This document shows, one piece after another, positions 1 to 14,063 of a stretch of DNA of 64,000 nt. The translations under genes were made by a program, and so were the position numbers. The stretch's first letter is position 1. Every line of letters starts with the position of its first letter. Where the stretch lies: NCBI GenBank assembly GCA_051294905.1, contig CM119372.1, positions 23,748,001 through 23,812,000 on the forward strand, in the 5' to 3' direction. The notes beneath the pieces were generated by a model. It was not told the origin of the DNA and did not search any database. It saw only the letters and a list, made by a program, of their open reading frames with translations. The DNA comes from Botryllus schlosseri (taxonomy: Eukaryota).

Positions 1-532
1 GATGCTATGAACGTGACGTTCACGATCGCATTCTGTGTGTGAACCTATGGAATTTGGAGATTCGCGTTCGCAAACGAACCGTTACAGCTTTTGCACTTTG
101 AACCTGTTTCACGTAATACAATTTTGCACGTATGCACAATATAACGTCTTTGGTTGAAATTCTTTACACTTTAACTTTGGACCACTCTCCTCATAGCTCT
201 GGCAGCATATGGAAAGAAGTTCATCACTAAACCAGCATGCACCTTGCCAATTTCCAAAATTATTTAATCGGGAGTTTGCTTGAAATATTCAGCTTTCGGT
301 CTGTGAATCTTTAGTGACTCTCTGCTGTGAGCTTTGCCCGCAATCACACCATAGCAAGAACTAAACACACTACATACAGGAAGTCAGTGAATTCTGCTTA
401 GTCAACCAATCAGTTATTTACACCAACGAAATTAATGTAAACAGTGCATTGATGCATTGATGTCCAATCTGTAATGTAAAAACACCCGTCAGGCTTACGG
501 GATATATCTTGATTTGATAAGCCTATTGTATC

Positions 533-981
533 TAGGGTTGCATTTGAAACAAACGGTGTTTTAAAACAATTTGTTTAAAACATGTGTGTTTTAAATAAAG
601 GCCTTTTAAAAAAACAAAATTGTGTTTTTTTAAGTTGTAATGTCATGCCATAATTGTGTAAAGACTTTTCAAAAACCATGTCGTATGAGCCTACGGACAA
701 TCATCACCCGATTTAGCCGACGTATATCGACATGGGATGGTTGCAACCCTCAAAATAGTCGGTTCGACATCAATAGTACAAATATTTCGTCAAAGGAGCT
801 ATATTTACTCTATATTTTTAAATGTTAATGTCAATCCACCATGACGTCACAATTGAATATATGTTGCGTCATGGCTTTAAAAAACAAACAAAAAAAAAAA
901 CAATAAAAAACATGTTTTAAATTAGGGCCTTGTTTTAAACATGTTTGTTTTAAATTGATTTTTGTTTTAAATGTAACCATA
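533..981. mobile_element. hAT-type MITE (TAGGGTTGCATTT TIR family)
   Basis: 8-bp TSD ATTGTATC; other copies at 35595-36008 and 60807-61197, fragment near 21650-21870. Confidence 0.85.
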
Positions 982-2160
982 ATTGTATCATAGAAACCAA
1001 ATCCGTCCGATTGAGGTGTTGGCTACTGTATGCTCCGATAATATCTGACGGAAGTAGCCTATGGAAACCTGTGTTTCATTCTTAAGAATACGTCTGTCGG
1101 GTCTAACCGAGTCCTCGTCGAAACTGTTGGCAAAGTGATTTTGTGAAATTAATATAGCAATTGATTGTTTCCGTTGATAGCATTAGAGGACGTTTAGAAG
1201 TCCCCATGTACTTCAGCATTGTGGCATAATGTGGCCTGAGTCGTCGCTAGTTGTCATGTACATTAATTTATAACTTTACGGAAATGTAGGGTTAGAATTA
1301 GCAATATGACGTCACGCTCTATGAAACATGCGTAACGCATGTGATTTCAAATTTGGTTGCATTATTTTCCTCTGCGGATATCGTCTTCACTGCGGGGTGC
1401 AGATTGCAAGGATGGGATTATGTGGTGAACACCATTTCGACGACAGGCCATAGCAATATAGGAGGTTTGGGCCACCCAGCGACGGTCATTGTCGACCCAG
1501 GTTTTATCCCTACGGATCCTTTTGGCAAAACACATTGCTCGGCCTTATATTGGCCAGAACTTGATGTCTTCATGTGTCACGGTGCGGAAAGGGTTGGCAC
1601 CAAATGCCTGTGTCTAATAGTCTGTTCTGCGAATCTCACTTATTGGAAATAGCACCCAAGAGCGATTTTTCTCTGGAAAAAAATTCATGATATACTACAC
1701 AATTTGCTGAGAGGAGGGGTCACTATATAGGGCAATATTGCATTACGAGGTATGAACACCCTGAACAGTGAACAGGGAACAGTAAACAATTTAACAGGGT
1801 ATGAATGCATAGATTGGCATAGCCAGCATTGAACTATGTGAGTGTAAAACAATTAGGCTATGCAATGAAGTAACCCAATGTGTTCAATGCTATACTAACT
1901 GAACATAGTTGACAGAAAAATGTCCGAACTACAACTTTAGGAGTACAATAGCGCTTTTTATCTAACTGCATGGCTACGTCTATTTATAAGCCTACATAAA
2001 TCATATACGCACGGAAGCCTTTTTGGGTAATCTTTCCGATTGCAGTTTTCATCTTCTCCCTACTCGTGTACTCTCCCAGTTCGAGCTCAAGTACTACATT
2101 CCAGCTAAATTGTATCTAAATAAATGATGGAATTATATACTGATGATAAACTATAACCAA

Positions 2161-2268
2161 CGAAAGAAGAACTCAATCCTGATCGGCTTTGATACAGGTC
2201 ACTGTAAATTAAATACATACCTCCATCGAATTAGCCAACACGACAGTGGTCTTTGTGAACAGCGTGGG
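2161..2268 (+). pseudogene. I-group LINE C-terminal relic
   Basis: RKKNSILIGFDTGHCKLNTYLHRISQHDSGLCEQRG resembles the TGH..LN..LHRI..S..C..CG zinc-knuckle end. Confidence 0.5.
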
Positions 2269-3280
2269 ATATGCGGTGCGGCCGAGGATGAAATTTTTGC
2301 AGGATAAAAAGTTGGGATAGTTCTCAAAAATGTTTAAAGCCAATGCTATGGTCATAGTTTTAAAAAATGCACCGTCCTATTTCAAACTCCTATGTTAAAC
2401 TCCAACGCTGGGCCTGATGCTACACGATAAATTCAAAGTGGTCTTATCACCACACCCGAAGTTACAATGGTATAACTAAGATTTTATATGTTTATTTGGC
2501 ATATACCAATGACTTCTTAAAGACAGATACTTTTTGTTGCATGATGTACATTGTACATTGATATCCACTCAGGTATATTTGTGTGTGAAGCTTGCTACCG
2601 GTACCAATCCTTTTCTAGTCGCTGAGCTCAGATATCGCACGAATACATTCCGCAACTAGACCGCCGTGATATGGCAAGGCACAGCCCATTCCTTTTGTGG
2701 ATCGATAACTATCTTATTCACTGATCAGCAAGCCTTTTGCGCCATATTGTGTTTGGGTCATATTTAGCAAACTGGGGGTCCTGTATCCTAATCTGGTGTT
2801 ATTTCTGTTCTATCGCATCATGTTTTGGAGATAATATATATGTTGATTACCTCTACATTTCGCCATCTGACCCGCGCAAGCGATGTCTTACAAAGCCTAG
2901 AAGTGGGCCGTGCTACAAGTCGGCAGATACGCAATCAAAGTATAAAGACAATCGGCATGGTGTAAATGACCTTCGTAGTCGACAACACACGCATACAGAC
3001 GACGATCTGGTCTAAGCCCCAAAAGAGTACGATTTTACATTGTTTATTGGTCGAGCGTTTATCAGGCACAATTCAAACGCGAAATAATTTACGAAGTCAA
3101 GCTGGAAGCCAAAATCCCAACCCGGCTTCAACTACAACTTCTTCGTCTTCAGTACACCTCGGCCTTTTTAATATACAAGCGCCAGATCAGCAGAGTACAC
3201 GTTGGTCGTGACTGTGAGTGCGCGACCGCGTACTGAACTAGACCACACACGAATATTCAATACTAGAATAGATTTTTTAC

Positions 3281-4177
3281 CACTCCAATTTGTACGCCAA
3301 TAGGTCCTATGTTCTGGAACTCGTCCACCATATTCATCAGAGACTGCTTCATGAACGCAAAGTCTTGGCGTAAAATGCTAGACGAGCCGTCCAAAACGAA
3401 AATTAGGTCCGTACGGGCGAGTTGGCATGTCACTGAATCTGAAATTAATCGAATTTTAGATTATGTTGCAGATAAATCAATTGTGTGGGTATGTGCTTTC
3501 ACCAGTTATTATTTATACAAGGACACAGGTTGTACCTATAGATATGGAATGTTGACCAATCGACGAAGCATAGGCTTGGTAATCGTCATAACAATCTGTT
3601 TTGGCAGCTAATTTGCATTGACGTGCGAGCTCCGTGCGGTCATTTCATGGTCTGTGATCTTGATTGTTGTGTCATACTTTGCCTTTTTGGTTTTGCTTTT
3701 AAATCTGTTTAAATCCCTCTAGTGTGCCGTTAACTCTTGAAAAGAGGCCCCCGAAAAGTCTTCGAGTTTAATAAATATTGTACTACAATGGATGTTGTAT
3801 TGAAAGCTATATTCAAGTTCTTTACCACGAACCAGCTATTTAAGATAACTGTATAGCGCGAAACTGGCCAAGATTGCTGTACATACATTTGCTATTCTTA
3901 TACTCATAAGAATGAATTAATTCTATTCAATTCAATTTATGGCTAAAAATTTCATCATTTCACAAGACTGCGATACAATGAAAGATAGGAAGTTGTCGAA
4001 ACGACATGGAGTAGTCTTCGAAATCAAACACCCACCTGGCCTAGGCGATGTATAGATGTAAACAAAGGGCATGCACAGTTGCACACTAAATGAAATGTAA
4101 AATAAGATAATATAAATGGACACTTGGACAGGTGACAAAAAGGTAGCATGTGTCGGAAGGCGAGATTGATATGTCAT
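3281..4177 (-). CDS. 5' part of a second gene: signal-peptide-like exon plus VWA domain (probable tandem paralog); continues leftward, downstream exons not found
   Basis: Exons 4036-4177 (MTYQSRLP...VSIYIILFYISFSVQLCMPF..., ATG at 4177), 3887-3922, 3536-3595 and 3281-3438 (SVTCQLARTDLIFVLDGSSSILRQDFAFMKQSLMNMVDEFQNIGPIGVQIGV, MIDAS DxSxS). The VWA exon is strong; the upstream exons are less certain. Confidence 0.75.
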
Positions 4178-4698
4178 GTCGTGGTCCGGTAAATTATAAT
4201 GGCTAACGACTTGAATGTGGATATGTTCGATGACTGTCGGATAGCCATCGTTCCACAAATCAGGTCCGGCATATTTGATAGAGCGATTATCTTTTCTGTC
4301 TACCATATGGTATGATTCGATATTAACGGAACTTGATTAAGTGTCCAAGATTTTTCGTAATCAGTAAATCTAATTTGGAAAAAAACTTTACAGCTGTAAT
4401 TCTCATTTTGATATAACTTGGAAAATCTGAATACTTCCTAGTTTTCCAAATCTGTTGGGATGTATAGTACATGTTTGAATTGTCAATGTGACTTCGCGTT
4501 GAGTCGTAGGTTCACGATTTGGTTTACAGCGAAATTTCCTATCCAACGTGTTCGTGTTCGAACCTTCCCTGAGTTCCATCATCCCTAGCTGATATAGTGT
4601 GTGCCATAAACGCACGTGGTTGGATACGTCAGTGATGGAGAGTTGAATACAACATCACGAGAATGGAGGATATATGCATTGCAACCATGGGTTTAGTC

Positions 4699-6200
4699 CA
4701 GGGGCGGGCAACATACGGCCCGCGGACAGTTTCCGGTCTTACGTGATAATGTGGCCATAGCGGCCCCAGTCTGCCGAGATTCCCCACTACTTGCTAACTA
4801 CGACCAATTTCAGTGACTGTAAGTTATTATATACGTGTGTGTGCAGCGTACGAATGTGGAGATTACGCGCAAGTTCGTCGAAGCGAGATAGGCATTTACG
4901 ATGTAGGCTACTCAACTCTAATGTTGTTTGTGGTTATCATGGTGTTTAACGAATACAATGGTCATTTGCACCAGGGTGATATTTCTTATTTTTGATTCCG
5001 TAACCACCGACTTGTACCACGGCACACTTCTAGGCTTTTATAAGACACCTCTTACGCGAATAAGATGGCGAAGAGTAGCCTAGATAAACCTCCAACTCTT
5101 AGGTAGGAGTTCTGGAGTCGACCTCGGTCGGACTCGAACCCGTAACCCATTGGTGCTGTAGCTGCGGAATATACCACTACGCTATCTCGCCACCAACTCA
5201 ACCCTAATGAATTGATATCTTGGTAAATTTGGGGTACCGGGCTTATCGAACGCCTCGAAATCTTAATTAAGTATTGCGCCATAGCGTCATATATGGTGTG
5301 GAGACAAGCAAATATCACGGCTCGGTGAAATTGGTCTACATCACACTTTTCATTTGGTCAAAGGCAATTCGATGGTAATTTTTGACCGGCTTACCGAGCA
5401 TTAAATTTGATAAAATGTGTAGCAATCGAAAGGTACTGTGGTACTGATTGCGAATATATAAATTTTATTCTGCTCGTGGTCCTGGACCCCTCAAAATCAG
5501 CCTCGACTGTGGCATTGTAACGGAGTTTGGTATTGCGACGCAACCATACCATATGCCGTCTGAGCAGCTCAAGAGCACGTGCGCACGAGAGTGAGAATGT
5601 GAATGCTCAATCGGTTGCGCAACAATGGTCATTACGCTTGCGGTTTACGCTGCTTCGCAGCTGCTCCCGGACGGTATAGTTGCGTCACAATACCAATCTC
5701 CGTTACAATCCCACATTCAAGACTGGTTTGGGGGGTTCCAGAATCACGAGCAGAATGAAATTTATATTTTCGCAATCAGTACCACAGTAGAGCTTGCGAT
5801 TGATACCAATTTTATCAAATTCAAAGCTTGGCAGGCCGGTCAAAATTTACAGTCAAATTGCCTTTGACCAAATGGAAAGTGGACGTAGATCAATTTCACA
5901 GAGCCGTGGTATTTGCTTGTGTCCACACCATATAGGACACCATGATTGCACCATGTGTTGATTGATCAGAGAGAAGCAGACATGGCGGCGCCTGTACGAC
6001 AATGCTGTTCTCAAATCCACATTGGCGAGAAATGGCTTTGAAATGACATTGCTGTCCTTGAAATACATTCATTTTAAATACGATCTATTCATTGTACATG
6101 TGAATAAATGGGCGAATATGTATCGATTCAGCAATCCGGCCTGCCAAGTACTTAATTTTCCTATATCCGGCCCACCGACTGGAGAAGTTGCCCGCCCCTG
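4699..6200. mobile_element. Non-autonomous hAT (Charlie-like) element with nested inserts
   Basis: TIR CAGGGGCGGGCAAC, TSD GTTTAGTC; contains SINE 4921-5195 and an inverted-repeat element at about 5336-5888. Confidence 0.85.
4921..5195 (-). mobile_element. tRNA-derived SINE (second family)
   Basis: A box TAGCGTAGTGG, B box GGTTCGAGTCC; 3' part matches 63270-63421. Confidence 0.7.
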
Positions 6201-6668
6201 GTTTAGTCCATCAGCAGTCCTCTATATAGCAATTTCACGAATGGCCGCTTTTTTCGTTAGGGCTATTTTACAAACTCATTTTAACCGATTGTATGCATAT
6301 GCATACATTCTCTACTACTTACCCTCTGCTCCTGATGTGGTAACATTCAACCACATTACAAGGAACGAAACTTTCAAAATATTCTTCATCATGAAATCTC
6401 GAAGTATAATCGCCGGAAATATGCAAATATAACTTATTGGTGGGGCGATTAATTTTTGACCTGAAAATGTAAAGTTTTGGCATTTTGTGACCATTAAAAA
6501 CTTAATTTTGACATAATCTTGACCTATAAAAATACGAAGCAGTTTGGCAAGAACGGAGAAAATGCCATCAACAGCTGAGTTGTTGGAGCTGGTAACACTG
6601 AAGTTCTTGAGCTGGAGCAGTTTTTCATCATTCGCTTCTTTTATCTACATTGGTTCTGAAACCTTTTA

Positions 6669-6875
6669 GACCGCGATGCAAATCTTAGTCTTATTATTAT
6701 CTCGCGATCCATGCCTCACAGATTAGAAGAAACGCCAGACCACGATACAAATCCGAGTTTTATTGATATTTCGCGATCCATACCTCACAGATCAAACGAA
6801 ATGCCAGACCGCGATACAAATCTGAGTTTTTTTTAACACCTCGCGATGCATGCCTCACAGATAGAAAGAAATGCA
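6669..6875. repeat. Minisatellite, 3 x about 69 bp
   Basis: Unit AGACC(G/A)CGAT(G/A)CAAATC...TCGCGAT(C/G)CAT(G/A)CCTCACAGAT... Confidence 0.85.
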
Positions 6876-7660
6876 TTATTAATGTTTCTATGCTACGTTT
6901 TTACGTTTTTGTATGAACTGGAGATTTTATGAGAGAATCAATGTCAGACAAACCTTACTATGACATCAACAAAACGTTGTTTGCTTCAGACAACGAAAGG
7001 GTTGATTCTTATCCATTGTTGGACGCTTAATCCAAAAATGACAATTAAAGTTGCTGATTAGCTCTAGTTTAAAAATACATCCGTTTTCATGTTTGCATTT
7101 ATATAAACATATGACACATCTTGGTGCACTCTCTTGAATTCAAAAACTACAATATACACACACTGTATTAATTGCATGCGTTTATATTTCCGAAGAGCGC
7201 ATGCATGGATGCGGATATCACTTCGGATAACTTCTTAACTCGGTCGGATCGAGCTCGGACCAGCAGGGTATACCTACGATCCTATGTTAAACTCCTATGG
7301 AGCGACCTAGGGTATAGGCGCTACGCTTTATTATAGTACTATGCTTTTAAACCTTTTTAGGTATGGTGAGCCATAAAGCTGTTCTCACGAACGTATGCAC
7401 CCTGTTTACTTAAAAGATGAACTGAAGTAAAAGGGGATACGAAAAACCATTATGCTTATCATAATGTAAAATAAAGCTGACAAAGTTTTACACATTGTCG
7501 ATTCAAGAGTTCTATTATGACTCAAGATAGCTCGTGTGTCCGAACACGGCATTCAAATGAATTCCAGAAGATAGCAATGTGTACGTAATGGGAGTTTGTC
7601 GTGCATTGTTACCTAACAACTCTAACCGAGGTAAGGTATCCCCGCAATCAATGGATCGAT

Positions 7661-8049
7661 GTGTGTTTGTTTGTTTTATTGAACAGTTTTTGGCACTTAA
7701 AGCCTTTCCGGTCATTTGTGCCCAGAATATAAACGTTGTAACGTTCATTGGTCTTTTTCACTTTGGTACGCTTCGCTGACGACTTCCAGTCTCGCATGCA
7801 TTCACCATCTTTCACTCTCTCATCCGCGCATCCTCTTCAGTATCTATTGCTGTCGATTTTCATAGCTCGACTTCGCGTTATCCCTCTGGGCTTTTCGTAC
7901 GACACCGCGTATGCAGTGAGGTCAGGGATGAGCCCAGATGAGCCCAGATAAACATCCGGCACATAGAAGCTGGTCCGAGCCGGGATTCGAACCCACCTCC
8001 ATTGGTGTCGTGACTGCAGTGTTTCACCCACTGTGTCAGTCGCTTACCC
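7661..8049 (-). mobile_element. tRNA-derived SINE
   Basis: A box TGACACAGTGG, B box GGTTCGAATCC, AATAAA-(CAAA)n tail; homologous to 31999-32326. Confidence 0.8.
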
Positions 8050-11000
8050 AATCGATGTGTGTTATTGAATCTATGTTGCAAGATTTGACTTCACACGAAC
8101 AAGAAAAACCATCATTAGCATAAATACATAGTTGGCATTTGAATATGCACGTAAATGTTCCGCACATTTTAACGTGTGCAAGTGCACCCAAAAGTCAGTG
8201 CATGGTGTATCATTAAAAATACGTTCATACTACAATTCGATCAGAGATCAATCAAATCGTTAATTTCGGCGGTAGATCCGTCAAAAACGAGTAATAGGCC
8301 TTTTGCAGGACTTCGATCACGTGACTAGGTCGCATAGCAACCACAAATTGGTTAGCAAGCTACTTTCTCGCGCACCTGCTTCAGTGCTAAATATCGCATA
8401 TTGTACTGTTGATTTCTGGTTGTAAACGTTTCGGAAATTTGTTGTAGAAGTCATCAGAGATTCACCTATGCTAGATGTCAATCATGTACAATTGCATAGC
8501 CTCAGTTTACAGTTACCAGTCAAAATAGAGAACATCGAAACGAATTGATAAGATGCAATATTACCAATTTACAAATTGATATGGTACAATTCGAGCCTGA
8601 ACCAATAGTCGAGGACTATATAAACTATATTCGAATTCAATTTCAATAAAACGAGAGGTTTGGTAAAGGTAAGAACAAAGAACAGAAATAGACATTTTGC
8701 TATTATATTACTTTACTATACTAGTTTACGACAACGCAAGCTGTAAGCTCCGCTCACTTTGTTTTCGGTCAATTTATTTGTGACACAACAATGGAGGCTC
8801 AGTAAAACGCACGATAATTGAATGATTGATGAGCGTCTCTCACCGCTTACACCAGCGTTTCGCGAACACTCCGACCATATGCAAGATGCAGTGATTTTTA
8901 TCGACACCGATTACTTGATGACTTGAAATTGACTCGTGAATTTTTCTCCAAGTCACGAGTCAATCCACATTTCTGATACGCCGAGTCAATTCAAGTCAAG
9001 TCATTTTAGCAGAGTGACTCGAGTCAAGTCAAGTCATACGAAAAAGGGTACTCGAGTCATCCCAACACTGAATTAGAGCAGTGTAGCCCAAGCCCGGTTT
9101 TGGACATACTCCTGGTAAGTAGCCTATTGATCATGGCATTGTCAAAGTCAAATTTAATCAGCGTTAGATTTACCTTCAAATGTTGTAACAGAAATAACAA
9201 CATATATGTATATATAATTAATATGTAACAGTAACAGAAATGTCTAATCGCTGAACACTCCATCGGTGTTACAGCTGTGGAGCGTATCACTGCGTTACTC
9301 GCCTTCTTTAATTCGCGATATTATAACATAAATAGAGAGACCCAGGATGTAACTAACTATAAATCTAAGGAGGCAACAGAATGACAATGATTGCCATGCA
9401 CCGGTCTCCTTAGATAGCAAAATCCGCTACGCTACGCAACGCCCACTGCGACCTTTTGATATCTTACTATTTCTGATAACAGTTCGGTCCATGGCTTTAC
9501 CAACCCACCGCTTTCCAAGTCATCAGTCATTCTCTGATCTTAACGTTTGACCCGACTCCACTCGAGTCATTTTATCACCCAGTCAGTCCGTCCGAGTTCG
9601 AGTGATTCTACGAATGATTGCGCATAAGTCAAAATCACAATTTTCAGTCACGCACCACCAAAGGGTCATGTTTCATCATCATGAACTGGTAATGTGACAT
9701 ATCAGCAAATCTTCCACCGCATGGTAGCTTTTGAAAGTGTTGTGATATTGAAGTGATGAGTAGTATAAGGTTTTTGGAGCAGTTTATGGGTGAATTTCAA
9801 GTTCTCATATCAAAAAAAGATATGTGACAGTTTAATATTGTCGAATACTTGAAAATTCAAAATGTCAACGCGGTCCGCACAAAATGTTCTCGCGGGCCGC
9901 GTGTTTGAGACCCCTGCTCTACGATCTGTGCAAAGTTTCAAATACCAACCTTCAACACAACGACAGTGAAATTACGACATATTCTTTCATCACAGCAAAT
10001 TTCCACTCGAGACAAGTCAAGTCACTTCAATATTTCGCAAATCCAGTAACTACTCGAGTCAAGTCCCAACATGTCCCATTTCATGTCAATTTTAAATTAT
10101 CAACTATTTTCACGTCTGTGTCGTTTTACATATTGTGAGGATACAGATGTAGCCTATACAGTATACATGCATATTTACTAGACCTCATTAAACTAGTCAC
10201 ACTTGGTTCCATGCATTTTCTAAACAGTACCATTCGGAGTAAAATTCAATGTAATCACCGTCTACCGACCAAATGTGAGAAGGCAGTGCCGAAACCATAT
10301 GGGCAGAGGATAAATATTGTCTGAGCGTGTAAGAGTAATTTGTTACCTGTGAAGAGAAATTTGTTTCCCGTAGATTTCATCGAGATTTGATCAATCGGGG
10401 TTTCAACGTTTCTACGGTGAGAAAAAGTATCGAAGCAATAATTCTCGATTATGGTAAAATTCTTAATTACAAGGCGTATGTATAATTTCAGTGCACCTGA
10501 ATCGCCTATCATTGCTCGACACGAATCAATGCAATGATTACTCAATTCAGATTAAGTGTTCCCACCCGAGATTCGTGACGAAACACCAGATAGTCGTTAC
10601 GCTATAGATCAGAGGTCTCAAACTCAAATGTGCTCGCGGGCCAATTTCCTAGCTTTTGATGACGCCTCGGGCCGCGGCATCAATAATAGGGCTATTCAAT
10701 GTATAATTTCCAAGTAGGCCTCATTTGACGGGACCTTGCAGACAGGCACTCCACAAACATCGTGTAAATGTCATTTACTATTGTATTATTCACGCTTGAC
10801 TCGGAAAAAATCACATTTTCAAATATTTGAATAAACTTGTTTTTGTGACGGGGATAATTTTTTTAATTAATGAGTTACGCACATCGGGATGCATAATGAC
10901 ATCGTGAAACCGTCGGTTTATGATATTGCAGCTAGAGGACCTTTGACGTGCCACAATTTTATGTATAATATTTTAAAATCTACTGAAGACTGATCTGCTA

Positions 11001-12068
11001 TCAGAGCATCTGAGGGGTGAAGCCTAATCCTGGTTTGATATAGTCGTGAAGTATAGGCTATTGCTACTGTCATTGCTAAAGTCAAATTAAATCAGCGTTA
11101 GATTTTGCCTTCGATTGTTATTGGAACATATCAATAACAACTTAAGTATAATCATAACAACTCAAATTAAATCAATATTGAGCCATAGTAAATTAGTAAT
11201 AGCATTGCTTCTTAACCTTTTTAGCGATCGTGCCCCTTGTGCTTCCAATGAGATTTCTCGTAGCCCCTGTCCCTTATCAGCACAATTTCTGATGGTATCA
11301 ATATGAAAATCAGGAAGCCCATTCATTCACCTAAAATCGCACGTGAGCGTGAAGACTATTTTCCAATTGAACAAATTGGCCAAGAAAATATTCCACAGTA
11401 TATATAGGCCTAATTCCATAATGCATCTAGTACACCCGATGGGGTCTACGGACCCTGGTTAAGAACCCTGAAATAGAAATGTCTAATCGGCAAAGAATTC
11501 ATTGGTGTTACAGCTGTAGAGCGTACTACTACCTTACTCGCCACCGATAATAACATGTATAAAGAGTACAAAAAATACCCAGCTATAACCACCAACTATA
11601 CGTTACGGGGGTCACAGAATTCCAATGGTTGCCATACTTAACTGATCAGATAGCTACGTAATATATACAACATACCCTACGCAACGCAAGCTACGACCAT
11701 TTTATAATACTATTCCCATGACAGTTTCATAGATTGTTGCGTCCGTAGTTCCGAGTTGCAAGTCCTTCTGTGCTTTTAACGTTTGACCCGACTCAACTGG
11801 AGTCATTTTCATTTAATCACCCGGTCAATCCGAAATCGAGTAGTTTTACGAAAGGCAGTGGCTACTCGTCCGGAACCGGACGAATAGCCCGCAGCCGTAG
11901 TCAAGGCTATTCGTCCGGAACCGTGTGACGTAACTATCCGAAATAAATGTTTTGTGTGACGTAACTGTTAAAAACCAACATACTGCATACTGGCATTATT
12001 GAGTATTGACGGACTTCGGCTGTTTATGTGTTTAGGTTATCGGAACACAATAGCGCCATGCTCTTAAA

Positions 12069-13656
12069 CAGACCTGGGCAAAGTACGGCCCGCGGGCCAC
12101 ATGCGGCCCGCGAAGCTATTCTGTGCGGCCCGCGAAAGGTTCCTTGGAAATCAAAACATAAAACTTGCTTTTTGAATGATTAAAACTGGCTGTATCAAAT
12201 GAACAGGAAATTCGTTTAATTTGAAGTATGTTCATAATATGCCACGATAACGCTGCCTACGTACGCATGCGTAGTCCAGATTCAAAATAAAGGCAACGTG
12301 GCAAAGTATGAGTAGCAATTGAAGACAAAAGAAATCGCTCTTTTCATATAGTTTAGTTCAAACCTTCCCTGTTGCCATTGTCAAATTACGCATTATACGG
12401 TATGAGTTTCAATTTGTTACGTGATATGTTTCCCAATCCCTAATTCAATTAAATAGTATATTCATATTGAAATGAACCCGAATATTTTCGGCTGACATTC
12501 GTCAGGGGTAATCGTCAGCAACTAGTAGAGAATTGGAAAGAACATTGAATATCAACAATCGTATCACAAAATATGACGTCACCAGCATGAAATTTCGAAT
12601 GAGAGAGCGTTCAATGTACTATTTTTAGGTGGTACACGAACTCCTTTTGTTGACAGAGTTTTGATTGGTGTATCCCTAATTCGTAAAACAGGTCAATCAG
12701 TGCTTGTGATTGCTATATGACTCGTCATATTTATCAATACACATAAAGGATTAACAGTCATGCCCAAAAAAGAAAGCCGAAAACTGAAATTCAAAAAAGA
12801 TTTAGGTTTAGAATTTAGAGCACTATATAAATACACTATACTGGAGTCACGGGTAAACTGGTCCTTTCAGTTTTTGCCGAGCATGTCGCCGAGATTAAGA
12901 ATTTTACCAAAAGTCGGTCTTATGACAAAAACACGAAAAACACTAGGTCAAGAGAGGGCGAAGTTCAGAAAAACTGCAAGCTTCGCTCAACATAAAGGTT
13001 ATTTAAGCTGTACACTGCTCGGAAGGCAGCGACCAAGAAAATAAGCTTTGTACTATTGCATATACATTTTAGTGCAGTGGTTCTCAAACTGGGGGACGTG
13101 AAAGCATCAGAAGGGTGGCGCGAGGCTGAAGTTTACTGAAAAAATTTTTCGCGCTCCGTGCGATATACCCAAGCTTATAGTTGCTGCTTTGTGTATTGTC
13201 CGACTTTATATATGTCACAATTCTTTCATTAAAAGCCATAATCTTCCATGCTATCAAACTATCTATTGGAATTACTAGCATTCCGGCTGCACTTTTTAAT
13301 ATTTTGTGATATCATGATAAGGGGGCTCGAAATTGTTCACTATCACAAAAGAGGAGTGCCTGAAAAAGTTTGAGAACCACTGTTTTAAATTCCTAATAGA
13401 AGAACGTGGATAGGGGGTTTAAGAAAGCAAAAATGTATCATGTTACGGATCATGACAGCAAATAAATATTTTTTAATTAACCGTCGCTTTCTCATTACCT
13501 AATATCAACACATTCACTGAGCAGCATTTATTAGCAATGTAATTTAAAAATAAAATTAATATACGCTGGAGAATATAGCTAAAATTTTTCACTTGGCCCG
13601 CCAACGTATTTATGTTTCTCATTTGGCCCGTGGAGAAAAATAATTGCCCACCCCTG
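12069..13656. mobile_element. Non-autonomous hAT element
   Basis: TSD CTCTTAAA; GGCCCGCGGGCC subterminal motifs; relatives near 57993-58660 and 62396-63137; contains MITE 13075-13382. Confidence 0.8.
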
Positions 13657-14063
13657 CTCTTAAATATATCGAAAACATTGTTTATATGGCAGCACACGGT
13701 GAATCTCAAAGACACAGTACACGATGTGTGAGCATGAGCAGTGAGCACGCGGTACATTGTGCAGTGCAATGATTTCCAGTCCAACATTGTCCATGGCTAT
13801 GCGATGGTACCATCCGAAGAAAAATTTAAGCGAAGTACCGGATCTTTGCTATGCTACCTCTGCTTTGCAGACTTAACAATAAATAATCGCCGTATTCTCC
13901 CAAAAGCAATTTTTGTGGTGCATTGAACTGATAAAAAATGCTAACAAGCCCAACTGAACTGATATTAGACCTGGTATTTGGACACTGGTTCAACTCGCCC
14001 TGTTTTCATCTCTATCTTTCCATTCCAGCACGTCTGCTAGAAGATGAAGATATATATCGTAAC

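Noticed and set aside
1341..1652. 103-aa plus-strand ORF
   Set aside because: No recognisable domain or splice support
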